Source of the DNA: Lama guanicoe
Taxonomy: Eukaryota
Assembly: GCA_013239625.1 (NCBI GenBank)
Contig: MU054212.1
Location: 3,038,001 to 3,102,000 of the forward strand
Length of the DNA stretch: 64,000 nucleotides
Direction of reading: 5' to 3'
Below the pieces are notes generated by a model that saw nothing but the letters and a program-made list of their open reading frames with translations, did no database searches and had not been told where the DNA came from. Of this stretch, positions 12,087 to 25,719 are shown piece after piece. Made by a program: the position numbers and the translations under genes. Every line of letters starts with the position of its first letter. Within the stretch, counting starts at the first letter, position 1.

Positions 12087-15000
12087 ACTGTGGACTTTTC
12101 ATGTAAATTTTTTCCTATCGTAGTTAAAATCTTCCTTGTTTTCATTCTTTTTGCAGCCCAAACTTGATTTCTTCTGGGTTCTCTAGCCAGTGTCCCTGTA
12201 AAACTTGCTATTTGGAGAAAAACGCAAAAAGTTGAAACAGCTCTGAAAGTGAGATGAATCTTGGCTTCAAATCTGTTACCGTAAATGGCTAGACTACTGA
12301 AGAAGGACCTGGTATTGGTTTGCATTTGATCAGCGAAAAAACACACGAGAGAGAGGGACAGTCCTGCTCTGTTTTGCTGGATGACTCTGGTGTAATTAAG
12401 GGTGCCTGTGAAAACCAATCTGACGGTTTGGCTCTGGGCAGGGGCCAGTTAGCTGCACTCCTTGTCTGTAGAGTGCGGCCAGTCTTTGCAGTTGCTGTTT
12501 TTAAAATAGCATGGGCAGGTCAATGCAGTTCACTGCTGCTGCTGGAAACCTAAATGACAATGGCCCACCGGGGTAGTGCCTTTGACCCTCCTCTACTAGG
12601 TTTAATACTTTTTATTATTGCTAAGTGATTTAATGTGAATCACAACAGACTCCCTTTTTTCTTTCTCCAAAGACTCTATCTTGTACGTTAGAAAACATGC
12701 AAAAAATACATAGTCACATATTTTGTTGAAGAATATATAATTTGGTTTTTCTTTTCCAATACTTACACACAGAAGAACATCAAAATACCTTCCTTCTTTC
12801 TTCAAACATTGAGGTAATCCATAGTTTAGACGATTGGATTATGAACAGGTTATGTGAAGTGTTGTGTGTTCATTCCTGAAATTCTTGTATGTAGTCATAC
12901 GTCTACTTTTGGCCATCTTTTTCAACTTCCTGGCTCCTCTTAAACTTCAATGAAAATGTATCTCTTTCTATCCTTGATCAAACAGCTTAATCTTCTCCTG
13001 CCCACGATTTTCAATTACACTGGCTTTGAAAGGTCTGAGGCCATTGTCTGTATTAAAGACATTGCAAACAGTCTGGCATTATTGTAAGCTGTGCAGGCTC
13101 AAATCCCACATGAAACCTAGATCTCAATTTATCGTAACCCCCGGGCATGTCTGCATTTTCTATAAACAAATTGGAATTATTTCCCCTTTTGATCTGGATA
13201 TACTGAAAAAGAAATCTCTCATTTTGGGATAAAAGCTTGGCTTTTTTTTTTTTTTTTGTAGTTAGTGGAGCTTGTTCTTGATAAAACAGTGGGATGGGAG
13301 GTCCACCAGCCCTGCAAGTTTCCCACCTCTTTCTATAGCTGCAGGAAGGGCTGAAGAAACCTAACCCCGGGACTCCTTCAGCTTAAATCCTGTGGGTATC
13401 TCCCATTCTGGCAAGGGCCGGTGGTAGGGGAGCAAAGAGAAGACAATGTTAGGTGTTACCCAGGGGACCCCTCATTTGGGGTGGAGAAGGTATAATTTTT
13501 AGCCTGTCTTTCCTCCGTCTCTGAGATCGGCCAACCCTTGCCCAGCCGTCAGTTTCAGGACGGAGCACACGTGCTTTGTAAGCATTTCTATTTCTTTTCC
13601 TTGTTTGTGTTTCATTATCTTTTTCATCCAAGGTGAACAGGAGCTGTTAGGCAGTGCTCATAGAACAATTGTTTGGCTTGTAGACAGGAACTTTCTCACA
13701 TTCTCGCAGGACTGAATTCTCCATGCAAGGCTTAAACATTCACTGTTCAATAAATTTTCATCCCTTCCCCAACTACGGTAAAGGAAAGACTCTTGGTTAT
13801 TTACCCAAAGTTTTGTCACACCAAAAGAGAGGACTGCATTGAGGTGATACAGCAACTTTGATGCAAAGAAGCAACATATGTTTGTTTCCTGGGTTTATAA
13901 AAAGGCACCTCCTTACGATCAGAGCCTGGACGTGTGTGCAAGGTAAACACAAAGCCTGGAATGTAAAAAGACAAACCTTTTTTATCCGGTAGAATTCTCT
14001 GTGTAGGTCAAGGAAATGCCAGACTTAACAGATGTCTTACACTGTGCCCTGAAGGTCAATAATTAGAGTTTTGTTGAACTAGGAAGAGGAAGGAATTCCA
14101 GAACTTCAGGTCCCCAAATGGAAATGCCCCTTAGGACAAGTCTAAACTAGGGAAACAGCCCTGGAACTCTTCCAAGTCCGTTGGCCCCAGTGTGGTGTAG
14201 CTCATTTCTGGGCCCCCTGAAGCTGTTTGTTCAGCTCTGCTGTCTACAGCAGTACAGTGTCAAAGGGAGTTAATCGTTAGCAAGTGTGAACAGTGTCAGT
14301 GTAACAAGGCATGATTGCAGTTCTCTCCGTCTTGACAAAATTTTTTTGCGTTTGTCAGACTATAAAAAAACCATATACACACAGAATGTGAAAGCAGCAG
14401 GGAATTTGGGGCACAGTTAATTCACTTTCTAGCTTTTCAAGTCACCATCGTCATGGTTTTCCAGGAGGAGAGGGCAGTGTGGTACTCTCCAGGTGGTATA
14501 GGGTTACTGACTGGTCTGGGGTGGTCTGATCCAGCTCAAGGTAACTTGTCTCCAGAGAACCAGCCTTTGGAGAATGATCTAAAGATTTAGGTGTATGGCC
14601 CTCAAACTCCCCATTCTGCCTCTCCTCTGTTAAAGCCACCAAGTTCTGCTCCAGAAGTAACATGGACCCAGCTGTGCTCCAGAGCCAAATTTTCCCCGAG
14701 GCTGGGGGTCATAGAGAGTCCAAGACTTCTCTTTGGACCAGAATCATAAGAGCTCTGGATCCTGGAACTCATGAGGTTGGGGACAGAATGTAAAGTAACA
14801 TTCCAGCATCACTGAAGGATGAATTTTTTGGGCGGCTCATCCGAGTTCCAGTTGAAAAAAGGGTGATCATCCTAAGACATAATCAAGACTTCCAGCAGCC
14901 ACCCAGGATGGCTAGAGAGTCAAGGGGATGGAGAGGCACTCGGCCAATCTCTCCACCACAGCAGCCGAGTCCCAGACCCTGGGGTGTCTCTGAAAATCAG

Positions 15001-15359
15001 TCACATGTTATAACGGGGATAATTATGAAGTTCTTCCAAGAAGGAAGACACACAGGCAGACTTCGTCTTTTCCTGGGACCAGCACCCCTCGGATGTGCCC
15101 TGCTTCTGTTAACATGTCATCGATGCACCTTGCTGCTCAGTCCAGGAAGTCAAGGCACATTGAGGGAGTTCCACATCCTATTTCCTAATATCTCCAATTA
15201 CCCTTTCCTCTTTTCTTCCTGCTGCCATTAGCTTAGTTCAGCCCTTATCATTTCTCTCTTGGGCTCCTTCTAGTTAGTCTTCACGATCCTCAAATTCCAA
15301 CAAGATGCTGCTAGAGTCACCTCTTTAAAATCAAGAATTGATTCCAGCGCTCCCCTGCA

Positions 15360-15874
15360 TGTTCTGTGTGCCCTTTTCCTGTCTCCTGATATTCACTGCC
15401 TTGTGTAAGCTCCTCTCCTTAAATCGCTTGCTTCTAACAAATAAGATATCTCAGTCTTGAGGGGCTGCTAGTTCCATGATCAGAAATAAGAGGTTGTGAC
15501 TTCTGTCTTGCTAGCAGGCATGCTTCCTTGCAGGCTCAATGAAATAAATCTCCAAGTTCGGGAAGCCCACATGGCAGGGAGCTAAGGGTGGTCTCCAGCC
15601 AATAGTGAGCTAGAAGCTGAGCCCCTCAATTCAACAACCCAAAAGGAATTGAATCCTGCCCTCTACCCCGTCGGGGAACTGAGAGGCAGATTCTTCCCCG
15701 GCGGAGCTTTCAGATGAGACTCCAGCCTTGACTGCAGACTGAGAGAGGCCCTGAATTAGAGGACCCAGTTATGTCCAGATTCCTGACCCATAAAAACTCC
15801 GAGATAATAAATGTGTGTTGTTTCAGTGGCTAAGTTTGTGGCAATTTGTTGTATAGCAGCAGATAAATGATACA
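15360..15874 (+). mobile_element. MaLR LTR (MLT1E/F-like)
   Basis: gcccacatggcaggga...aggaattgaatcctgcc...cagattcctgaccca...ctaagtttgtggcaatttgtt; ends aaatgataca. Confidence 0.85.
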
Positions 15875-17299
15875 AGCATTATTTGATAACATTGTGCCGT
15901 CACATACAGTTCTTCCATCGTTATCATGTTTGGGTTTATCTTACTGCTATAAAAACATTTTACAATTCTGGAAATGAGGGATGGTTTCTTACAAGCCTCG
16001 GCATCCTGCTTAAAGCATTTAGTGAAGGATTTTGCACATAGTAAATGCCCATTAAATACTTATTGACTGAATGAACAAAGGCATGCTTGTTCTCGATATT
16101 TTCAAAAAGTGGCTTGGATGCATGCCTTCTGATATTTGGCCTCTATGATTCTGCTACGTTCGTATAGTTAAAAGGTTCATGCTTATTCCTTCTCAGTTAA
16201 TAAAGGAAAGTTGTTTTTTCCACGAAACATTACAGTTATTTTTTTTCTAGGAATTTGGAGAAAGAATGGTCCTACTTTTTGCAGGTTTAATTAAGAGCCA
16301 AATTGGACGTACTTTAGAAAGCTGGGTAGAATACATTTGGGCTACAAATTCTGGGTCCTGATCATTTTCTGACTGCTTTTGCCCACATTATTCTTCCAAC
16401 CCACCCCAAATGGTCAACATATCTCATCACCTAAGAAGACTCCTTTGTAGTACGTTAAGTCTTTAGCTTCTCAAACAGTAGAAGAATGTTCTAGTCTTTT
16501 TCTTTGGCTGTTGATGTATTTGTTAAGGAAGTCATGTATCAATCATTAACCAGTATGACCTAGTCAGTGGGGGGAAAAATCAATAACAAATGCCAGTATA
16601 AAACAAATATAATTAAGAGTTTGTTTTTTCCCTCATTCCTCGGCTTTTTGTTGCATCCCCTTTAGAGACAGAGGCCCAGGAAAGCCAGATGAAAGGCAGC
16701 CTTCCCTCTCTTTTCTAGAAGAAGCAATCCTTGCGCCTTATCTTTCCATTCTTCATAGTGCAAGATGCTTTCGAAAGATACCGCTAACTTCCCTGAACGG
16801 CTTCCCCATTTCTACCTCCTTGTAGAAGCGTTTTTGGGTTCAGACGTCAAAGTCTGTAGCTGCCTGTGTTCTCGCTCTGGCGGAGAGGCGTCCTCTCCCT
16901 CAGGCACCTTGCTGCTTAGCTCATTGCTCTGAACGACAGCCATGTGAGTGCGTGATCAATCTGTCCTCCTCAAGAAATCCAACCAGAGCGGGCCGGGGAC
17001 CCCATCTGGGTCCTCCATGGCTCTCCGAGAGGGGCGTGAGAGCCTGCTGGGACTGAGCAGGCAGTAACTGCTTTCAGGTGTCACTGGAGACCCTTCTTTA
17101 GCCCAGGAGGCTCAGGACACACCATTCCGAACCTTGGTCCCTGGCCGCATTCTTTCCTGGTGGGTAGATAGGGGTAAAGGTAATGGTGGTCCCAGTGCTC
17201 ACAGGAGTGGCTCCAGTTCCCAACTATGTGCTGCCTGTCCACATGGTACATGGTCAAGCAAACTACCACATCTCAGCAAGGCAGTTGGCAAGTTCTCCT

Positions 17300-17635
17300 G
17301 TGAATCTGAGGGAACATGTGGATTGGATGATGATAGGTTTAGGCAGCGTTGATGGGACCACTAGTTTCTGGAGTTTGCTGATTAAAGGATCATTGTCCTC
17401 CTGGGAGATATTTGAAGAGGGTCTGTCTTTAATCTGTACCGTTCAGTATCTGTTATCAGTGATTTGGATGAGGTCATTCATGACACACCGATCACCTCTG
17501 TCGATTATGACAGGCAGGATGAGTTTAGCAAATACAGAGTGACAGAACAAAAATCCTGAAATACTTGAACAGTGGGTGAAATCTAGCAAGACAGATTTCA
17601 AAACAGATAAATGGAAAGTCTCACCTTGGGTCCAA
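17300..17635 (+). mobile_element. L3/CR1 LINE fragment (RT 3' region), piece 1
   Basis: ttatcagtgatttggatgag...gaacagtgggtgaaatctagcaagacagatttcaaaacagataaatggaaagtctcaccttgggtcca resembles CR1 ORF2 downstream of the catalytic motif. Confidence 0.65.
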
Positions 17636-18049
17636 CACGCACACATACCCCCCCACCCCTGCCCAGGACTATCGGTGGTTCTTGTTTTCTAGAAGAGGGA
17701 GGGTGGGGTTCTGAAGCCTGGACTTGAGTGCAGTATTCAGGCATGGGGAATGAGGGTGTGAAGGTCAGGGTGGCCTTGTCTTGCGGAGATGCTGAATCAA
17801 AAGCTGGCCAAGCCATTCAACAAAGAAATATCCAGAGAGGTTATGGAGGGAGGGAGCATCTGGCTACAAAGCCAGCCAGATAGAGATCTGGGACAGAGAA
17901 GCCTTGAAGAGGGTTCAGGAAGCAGGTTGTAGGCAGAGCCCGGGGCAGTTCCTGTGCTGATGGTTGCTGCCCCGTTTTCATCTGTTGCAGTGACCTTAGG
18001 CATGGGTGGGGAGGGAACAGCTAAAGGCACCTGCCAGGTGTGGACAAGC

Positions 18050-18300
18050 GTAAATACAGAAAGGGGAACTACATATCTAGCATATAGAAGAAAGGCTCAG
18101 TTTTTGAGTTGAAAGTATGATGTGAGTCAAGCTTAGAACGCAGTTGCCAAAATAGCTCCTTTGATCTCAGGCTGCATTGGTAGATGTGGAAAGTGTGGAC
18201 AAGCAGTCTGACTCTCAGATCACTTAACGTGCTGATCCCTCCAGTACTGGTAACACACTTTACAAGGATCACCGACACCCTGGGATGTAACCAGAAGACA
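18050..18300 (+). mobile_element. L3/CR1 LINE fragment, piece 2
   Basis: tgatgtgagtcaa...gcagttgccaaaatagct...ctcaggctgcatt...acactttacaaggatcaccgacaccctgg...ccagaaga. Confidence 0.6.
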
Positions 18301-18302
18301 CC

Positions 18303-18790
18303 CTTCATTCATCCATTTATTCATCGAATGTTTATTGAAGCCCTACTAAGGGCAGGTACTTTTTTAGACACTGGGGATTTAACCACAAACAAAACGGACT
18401 AGGTTTCTGCTCACAGGAAGCTTACGTTCTAGAGGGGAGAGTAAATCAATGTAATAAATAATAATTATGTCCAGGAATAAGTATTATGGGAAATAAGATG
18501 GGATGATGTGCTGGAGTGACGTGACAAGTGAAAGGTGGGTAATTTACTTATATAGGGTGGTTGCAGAAAGGCTCTCTGAAGAGCTGAAATCTAAAGGACG
18601 AGTAAAGGGCAAGCATAGAGAGATCCATGAAAAGAATTCTGCAAGTAGAAGGAACAGCCAGTGCAAAGGTCCTGAGGTGGGAAAAAGCTTAGAATACAGA
18701 AGGAGACCAGCAATGAGCAACAGTGAGAGTAGGACGAAGTGAGGCCAGAAAGGCAGGAAGGGTTGGTGGTGAGGAAGGGGATGTGAGACG
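18303..18790 (-). mobile_element. L2 fragment
   Basis: ttcattcatccatttattcatcgaatgtttattga...ggaagcttacgttctag...ggaacagccagtgcaaaggtcctgaggtggga. Confidence 0.85.
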
Positions 18791-18814
18791 ATCTCATTTA
18801 TTTTATTGTATTAA

Positions 18815-19070
18815 ACCATCGTGTATGTAGCACTTACCATGTGTCAAGTAGTGTTCTGAATGCTTCACAAAGGTTAATTGATTGATCTTTGTAAAAATGA
18901 TGGTGGCAACTAATAAATTAATTGCATTTTCTTGCTAAAAATGATTTCACAACTATTATTTCAGTTGTAACGTACAAAAACCCTATTAGATAGGACTTTT
19001 TAACATGGTGACTATACAGACCTTGAAGCACAGAGAGATTAAATGATTTGCCCAAGGACCAAATCCTGGG
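18815..19070 (-). mobile_element. MIR SINE (possibly split)
   Basis: gcacttaccatgtgtcaag...gcacagagagattaaatgatttgcccaagg. Confidence 0.65.
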
Positions 19071-19104
19071 CCATTTTCATTCTTGATGCTTTGTCATTTG
19101 GGTA

Positions 19105-19195
19105 ATACTTAATGAAACAGGGAACGTGTAACCCAGAGAAGAGATACCTTAGAAGGGGACACCATGACCGTGTTTGACTATTTGATGGGCTCTAC
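19105..19195 (+). mobile_element. L3/CR1 LINE fragment, piece 3
   Basis: aacagggaacgtgtaacccagagaagagataccttagaaggggacaccatgaccgtgtttgactatttgatgggct. Confidence 0.6.
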
Positions 19196-19434
19196 TCAGT
19201 GACCTATAATCCGTGACCTGAGAGCCTGTGAATCTTCTCTTCACACTGGGGAGGGGGGTGCCTAATAGGAAGCACCTAATGTTTGTTGTTGATCTTTCGT
19301 AGTTGTTGCTGTCCTTTTGTTTCATGAAAACCTCAGTGGAGAAGAATGTTTTAAATGGTTCTGATTTGTGGGTTTGATCCTTAAGTTAGGGAGGAAGAAG
19401 TGCAGTATTTGCAAGTATGATGCTGCTCTTATTT

Positions 19435-19590
19435 CTTTACTCAATTAACAATGACTTTATCAAGCATCTCCCCTGGGCAAGACGCAGCGCTCGGTGCTGT
19501 GCGTAGAGATGAGTGAAACAGACACAGTCCCTGTCCTTAACGCCGTGCACGCTCTAGTGGGAGAGACAGACAATAAAGAGAAAAACAATT
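19435..19590 (-). mobile_element. L2 3' fragment
   Basis: acagacacagtccctgtcctt...ctctagtgggagagacagacaataa. Confidence 0.7.
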
Positions 19591-19639
19591 ACCTATGTCA
19601 TTTCAAATTTTATTTATGCCAAGGATGCAGTGGAATGTG

Positions 19640-20110
19640 CTTTTGTTGTCTATTACTGAATTCTAATTTACACTGAAATTTAGTGGCTTCAACCACAGTC
19701 ATTCATTTTGCTCACACATCTGCCATTTGGGTAGGACTCAGTGGAAGCCGCTGATCTCTGCTGAACACAGCACCAGCTGAGGTGGCTTGACAGGGGCTGA
19801 AGAATCCACTTCTAAGGTGCCCGACACATAATTGATAGTGGGTGTCCTTGGGCAGCTCAGCTGGGGTTGTGGCTGAAGATCTCGTTTCCTCTCCACTTGA
19901 GCCTCTGTGGCAGCTGGGTTCCAAGAAACTGTCAGTCTTTTCAAGGTCTGGACCCAGAAATGGGCACAGCATCACTTCCACCATATTCTTTTGGCCAAGC
20001 AGTCAAATCCACCCAGAGTCAAGGGACTCTAGTCCAAGAGTGGTCATAACTCCAAATCTTGATGGGAAGAATGTCAAAAAAAAAAAAAGTAGCCATCTTT
20101 GATCTATCAC
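19640..20110 (-). mobile_element. MaLR LTR (MLT1G/H-like)
   Basis: aatttagtggcttcaacc...ggggctgaagaatccacttctaaggtg...cacagcatcacttccaccatattcttttggccaagcagtca; ends ctatcaca. Confidence 0.8.
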
Positions 20111-20664
20111 AAGCTATCATTTTATAAGTTTCTATCTTTAAGCTCAGTGCCCTAGAGAAGGTTTATTTTTGCCTGCGTATTTTTCCTATAATTAGGACTT
20201 GTTGACACTGGAGCACATTGGAGGTGCTGGCTTAGGTGTGAATTTATGGCTAGACTAACTCATGAGGATTATTAACAGATTATCATGTTTCTCCTTTACT
20301 TATATATTTTCTTTAAGAACTATCTTCACTAAATAACTAAGAATAAAAAAGTCAGATATCAAATCTGAATGTCTTTAAAATTAAATATGGATTCAATAGC
20401 CCCTTAATTAACCCTTGTTCTGCCATCAGGTTCTGAGTCTTACGGGGTTTTCACATGTCTTAGGATATTGCAATTACACCAGACTTCATATCCAGAGCCC
20501 TTTAAAGTGCTTTATTTGATTATCATGATTGTCAAAGGCATATTAAAAAAAAATCATGCTTAGTTTGCTTGGTTGTTAGCCAAGGAGCAGACATCTTTTT
20601 GGCTCTCGCTCTCTCTTCCTGTTTCGTTAGCCTCCCCCTGCTGGGTGAAGGTGGAAACACCTGG

Positions 20665-20835
20665 TTTAAATTCCTTCTAAACCACTTACTTCCATGGATC
20701 ATTGGGTAAGTTAACCTTTCTGGGATTCCTTTTCCACAACCAGAAAGTGAACATTATGATACTAACTTGAAAGGCGTTCTGGAGGATTTCATACACAACC
20801 TTGAGTGAATCACCTGTGCACACAGTCAGTACTCA
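20665..20835 (+). mobile_element. MIR SINE (degenerate)
   Basis: tttaaattcc...accacttact...ttgggtaagttaacctttctggg. Confidence 0.55.
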
Positions 20836-21949
20836 CCGCAACCTGGTGTCCTTTCTCTTCTCCAGGCTCTGACCCGTTTGTGTCTTTCTGGCCTTAAGGC
20901 AAAGTCACAAAAGAACAACACAAGTCGTGGGAGCATATTTTCAACAGCCCTCACTTTGCTATCACCCCCGAATCACTGACTACCTTTGAAACCTCTGGGG
21001 CTAAAACACGCTGTTGCTGATTTAAAAAAAAAAATTCACGCACAGCTGCACGCACACACGCAATGCATTATTTCTGTCTTTGTTCACTTAGCAGTGAGAC
21101 TCAAAGTCTAGCTCACTTAAAAACTTGTCTCTGAGTCCTGCTGCAATAAAAACCTAACCAGAACAAAGTACTTAAAACAGATTTGAACAGGAATGGAAGA
21201 TTTTGATCATATAGGTGGTTTTCATCCATAACAGCAAACATTTCCTTGATTTTCGTCCTTTCTCTGGTGACCTGGTCCTTTGCACCCGCTCTCAGCCTTG
21301 CCCAAGGGAAGGCGTGAGGAGCAGAGGAAGACAGCCCCCTCCCAAGTGCAAACTCTGACCCCCGCAGACCCTTCCCACGGACACCTCGGAGCAGCCTGGT
21401 TTATCCACGCCCAAAGGTTTGTTTTTTCCTTGGATAGATTCTATTTGCAAGCGGCAGCTCAGGAGAGAGGAGAGGAAGGAATTACCTCGGATGGCTGGAG
21501 CGGAGAACTAATGAGGGGAAGGCCCCAGGGCTTTACCAGCGGGGCATCTGGCCGGAAAATCTGTGGATGAATCAGCACAAGTGGATGTTCGCTGTTACAA
21601 AAATGACCAAAATCGCATATTCTAGTGATCACTGCGGATGGTATCATATTAAGAGTGAAAAGCTCCTGTGAAAGAATGTTCACTTTTCTTAGTGGCGAGA
21701 CGTAGGAATCCAGAAATCTCGGACTAAAAGCAAGAGGCCAGTCTCACCCGGGGGTTTTCCTTTCTTTTTGTCCATGTATGACTATGGGTATGAGGCTCTA
21801 AGCATCATTTGCTCTAGATGACTAACGTAATTTATACAATCAGCAACTGCTACCACCAAATATTTTACATTTTAGGTAGCCAAATGGCAATTCCAAGTCA
21901 CATTTAAAGGGAGTGAAAATCAGATTTAGAGCATGACAAGTTCCTCGGA

Positions 21950-22190
21950 GAACGGGGGTTAAGGGCACAGGCTGTGGAGTTGGACAGACCTTGGATGAGA
22001 ATCCAGCTTTCCCATTGAATGCTGTGTGCCTGGAACAGATGTTCAACCGCGTTGGACCTCCTTTTCCTCATCTGTAGCACTGGATACACAGATAGTAACC
22101 ACCTGGACAGGTTCTGATGTGGAGTAAATGAAATAATCTACATAAAAAGTTTGGCACGGTGCCCAGCATAGGATGGACTCAATAAGCAGA
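21950..22190 (+). mobile_element. MIR SINE
   Basis: ggttaagggcacaggctgtggagttggacagacc...tttcctcatctgta-like core...ttggcacggtgcccagcatag. Confidence 0.8.
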
Positions 22191-22812
22191 AGAGTGCAAG
22201 AATGTACGTACTGGGTATAATCTTGCTATGTGAACTTGGAGAAGTTATTTAGCTTTCTCCTTCTTATTTTTTAATAAATTTCTTATTTTCTTACTTCTCG
22301 GGGCTGCTTTGTTGATTTGGGCTTATCAAATGTTATCCTTTATTGGTATTTATCATTTCATTTGTCTCTCATTGTCTCAAGGACTCTTGTTATGTCTCAG
22401 AAGGCAGGGATTGTATCGCACATCTGTTTATAATTTCCATTATGATTTAGCTGGTGTCTTGTATACTGTGGGTACTCAGTCAGTGCTGCTTGATGATTAG
22501 TGGTGGTTGAATAGCAGTAGAACATGGTGCAGGGAGCCAGCCAAGATCAGAGATTCAGGCTTCAGGTGCATGAGACGGCTTCAGGCTTGCAGGAGAAAAG
22601 AATTCCTTTTTCCTCTGTGGCTAGAGACGTCACCTGTCGTCCCGGTCAGTCATTTTACCCCTTTCCCTCGCTGTACGTAAGCAGGCAGATGAATGGATAT
22701 AAACACATCATCCCTTCAGGCAGCACACGATTGTCTTTGTTCACAGAAGTCTTCATGGTCAAAAGAATTTATTACTCTAACTTTTGGTAAAGATTGTCTA
22801 TGAATATCAAAC

Positions 22813-23770
22813 CTTTTTTACTGTGGTAAATGTATATAAGATAAAATGGACTGTTTTAACTAATTTAAGGAGTTCAATTCTGTGGCATTAAGTGCATTCA
22901 CGTTGTGGTACAACTGTCACAATCATCCATCTCCAGTACTTTTTTATATTTACCAACTGAAACTCTGTTCCCGTTAAACAGTAACTCCACATTCTCCCCT
23001 CCCCTGGCAACCACTGCTCTACTTTCGGCCTTTATGAATTTAAATCCTCTAGGTGTCTGTATATAAGTGGAATTGTATAGTATTTGCCCTCTTGTGACTG
23101 GCTTATTTACTTAGCATAATGTCCTCAAGATTCATCCATGTCATAGCATGGGTTAGAAATGTCCTGCCTTACCGTGGGTGGACCTGGAGATTGTCATTCT
23201 AAGTGAAGCGAGCCAGAAAGAGAGACAGAAAATACCATATGTTATCGCTTATATGTGGAATCTTAAAAAAAAAGACACAAATGGACTTATTTACAAAGCA
23301 GAAACAGATTCACCGACATAGAAAACAAAGTTATGGTTATTAGGGGAGAAAGGGAGTGGGCAGGCATAAATTGGGAGTTCAAGATTTGCAGATACTAACT
23401 ACTATATATAAAATAGATAAACAACAAGTTTCTATTGTATAGCATAGGGAACTATATTCAATATCTTGTAGTAATCTATAATGAAAACAAAAAAGAATCT
23501 GAAAAGGAATATATATATGTATATGTATAACTGAAATATTATGCTGTACACCAGAAATCGACACAACATTGTAAACTGACTATACTTCAACTGAAAAAAA
23601 AAACTGAAATAATAAATTAAAAAAAGAATACCCTGCCTTTTCAGGACTGAATAACATTCCACAGCACATCTATACCACATTGTATTTATCCATCTATCTG
23701 TTGATGGACCCTTGGGTTGCTTCTACCTTTTGGCTATGGTGAACAATGCTGTTTGAGTATGGATGTAGAT
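22813..23770 (-). mobile_element. L1MB-like 3'UTR, split by a younger sense L1
   Basis: ttttttactgtggtaaa...gtggcattaagtgcattcac...cccctggcaaccactgctctac...gattcatccatgt (to ~23170) resumes at ~23635 (ctgccttttcaggactgaataacattcc). Confidence 0.88.
23171..23625 (+). mobile_element. 5'-truncated L1 (3'UTR with poly-A tail)
   Basis: tggacctggagattgtcattctaagtgaag...gtatagcatagggaactatattcaatatcttgt...ctatacttcaa + A-rich tail; imperfect TSD gaaatgtcctgcctt / gaataccctgcctt. Confidence 0.92.
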
Positions 23771-25719
23771 GTCTTGTTTTGTAGGAGTGTAGACTATTAT
23801 GTGCTAGTCTAACTCTTACATCAGTCCTCTTTGTATAAAAATGAAGGCTGGCTGCCATCGGGGAGTGACCCATTTTTGCTTCCCATCATTCTGCCTGTAG
23901 CATGACAGCAAGTCTTCCGTGCTGATGGGGACTGGTCTCCACGACACATGTGCATGTTGCCCTTCCCCCTCTGTTCCAGTCCCTTTATGTAGGGAGACAT
24001 TTGAGAACAGTCCTCCCTGCTTAAAATTAAAGCTTGGAAATTGTCTGCTTGGATTGGATTCATCCAAAAAAGAAGAATGTGAAAAATGAGACAAACTTCA
24101 AAGAAGCCACCATCCTACTCATTTCAGACACATCCTGGAGACGCAGCTTCCTCCACCTTGCACCTGGGCAGGTGTGCCCCTTGAACTGGTACCAGACTTC
24201 CACGTTGTTTACGAGGAAAGGGCTCTGGCCACGCTGAGCCTGTGACTCAGAGCGCATATGGCAACCCCAGCTCTGTTAGAAAGAATTCAGAGATCCCAGA
24301 ATTGATTTAAAAAAAAAAATCTGAAAGCCAGGCTTCCTTTGAGCTATTAAGTCACGGGCACAGTGTCCGCAGATGCCTTATTGCTCAGGGAGAAGCAATG
24401 ATGTCAGCATCTCCTTGTGCGGTGAACTTCCCGAGGACAGTGAGTGAGCCTTCTCTTCTCCTGCTGGTGAGACCAGGCAAGCATTTCTAACATTTTTGAA
24501 AAGAAGCCACATCAACCCTCTTTTGAGCCAGCTGCCACTTGTGGGGTCATCTTTTTATTTGCCGTGTATTTGCTTTTGACCTTCAGTAGGTCCTAGTAAC
24601 AGCCAAAATAAATGAAGTAAAACAAACAAACAGATGCAGAACGAAAAGAAAGACTTTAATCATCTCCAGGTACGACCACCCTGATGGTCACATAATTCTC
24701 AGCTTCTTTGGTGGTGGTGTGTGCAGAACCAACTGTGTTGTACCTAACTGCGGTCATCCGTCACGTTATAACACACCTGGCAAGAGTCAGGCATGTACAG
24801 GGCTTTTCTCCTGTGCTTGCCTTTCCTCCTCCATTTCCACCTTGGTGGCCTTAGGGACAGACAGTGTGAGCACTGGGCTGATGGGGCCCCAGAAGTCCTC
24901 AGGCAGCCTGTCTGTGGGGACAGAGGAATGTAAAGTACAGGGGGCCTGGAGGATTAATGCTGGAGGATTAATTACTGTTGGAGGCCCTCAGTCTGTGGTT
25001 ATTGGAAGAATAAATGAGTGGAACAGAAGTGCCTGTGTGAGCAGAGGTACAAATGGGCGATCAGCATCTCATATTCATTCCACTTTGCAGGTGGAGAGAC
25101 TGAGTTATTGAGAGATTAATTGATTTCCATGGGCTCAGCCAGCCGGCTACTTCACGTCAGGAACAAGACCAGACTTTCTGTTTGCAGACTCAGAGCTGAA
25201 AGTGCTTGTGCTAGATTTATGCGCTTGCTGACCCGTCCTGCTGATGGCCACTTTGATAAATCATCTCAATTAGAAGCAGATGTTATCAGGGTATACACAG
25301 AGGCCCGCCTTCCTGGGGCTTCCATACAGTGAGGTCGCTATTTTAACGGCTTCCTGTCTCTGTGTGGGTCTGTGTTTGTAAACCCTCACAAACACACAAA
25401 TACGCAGACAATAGCAACAACACAGCTAGCTGTGGTGGCACCGCAGTTTGCAGAAGGTCGTGAGCGTAGTCATATGCCTTCCCTAAATCATGGTCAGCTT
25501 TGTTTGCAACATGGACAGTAAAACCAAGAGCCTGGTTTGTTGTCTAGAGGAATCAGAAATCACTCACCCAGCAATGGAAGTTTCTCGGAATCTTGGTCTG
25601 GAAAACAGTAATTATACCAACCCTTCCTGCCTTGACGGCATCTGGTACTAAGCATCGCATTCTGGGAATCTTGACTTGCACGCAGAGATTCTCTTAAATC
25701 ACTTCTTCCTCGTTCTAGT

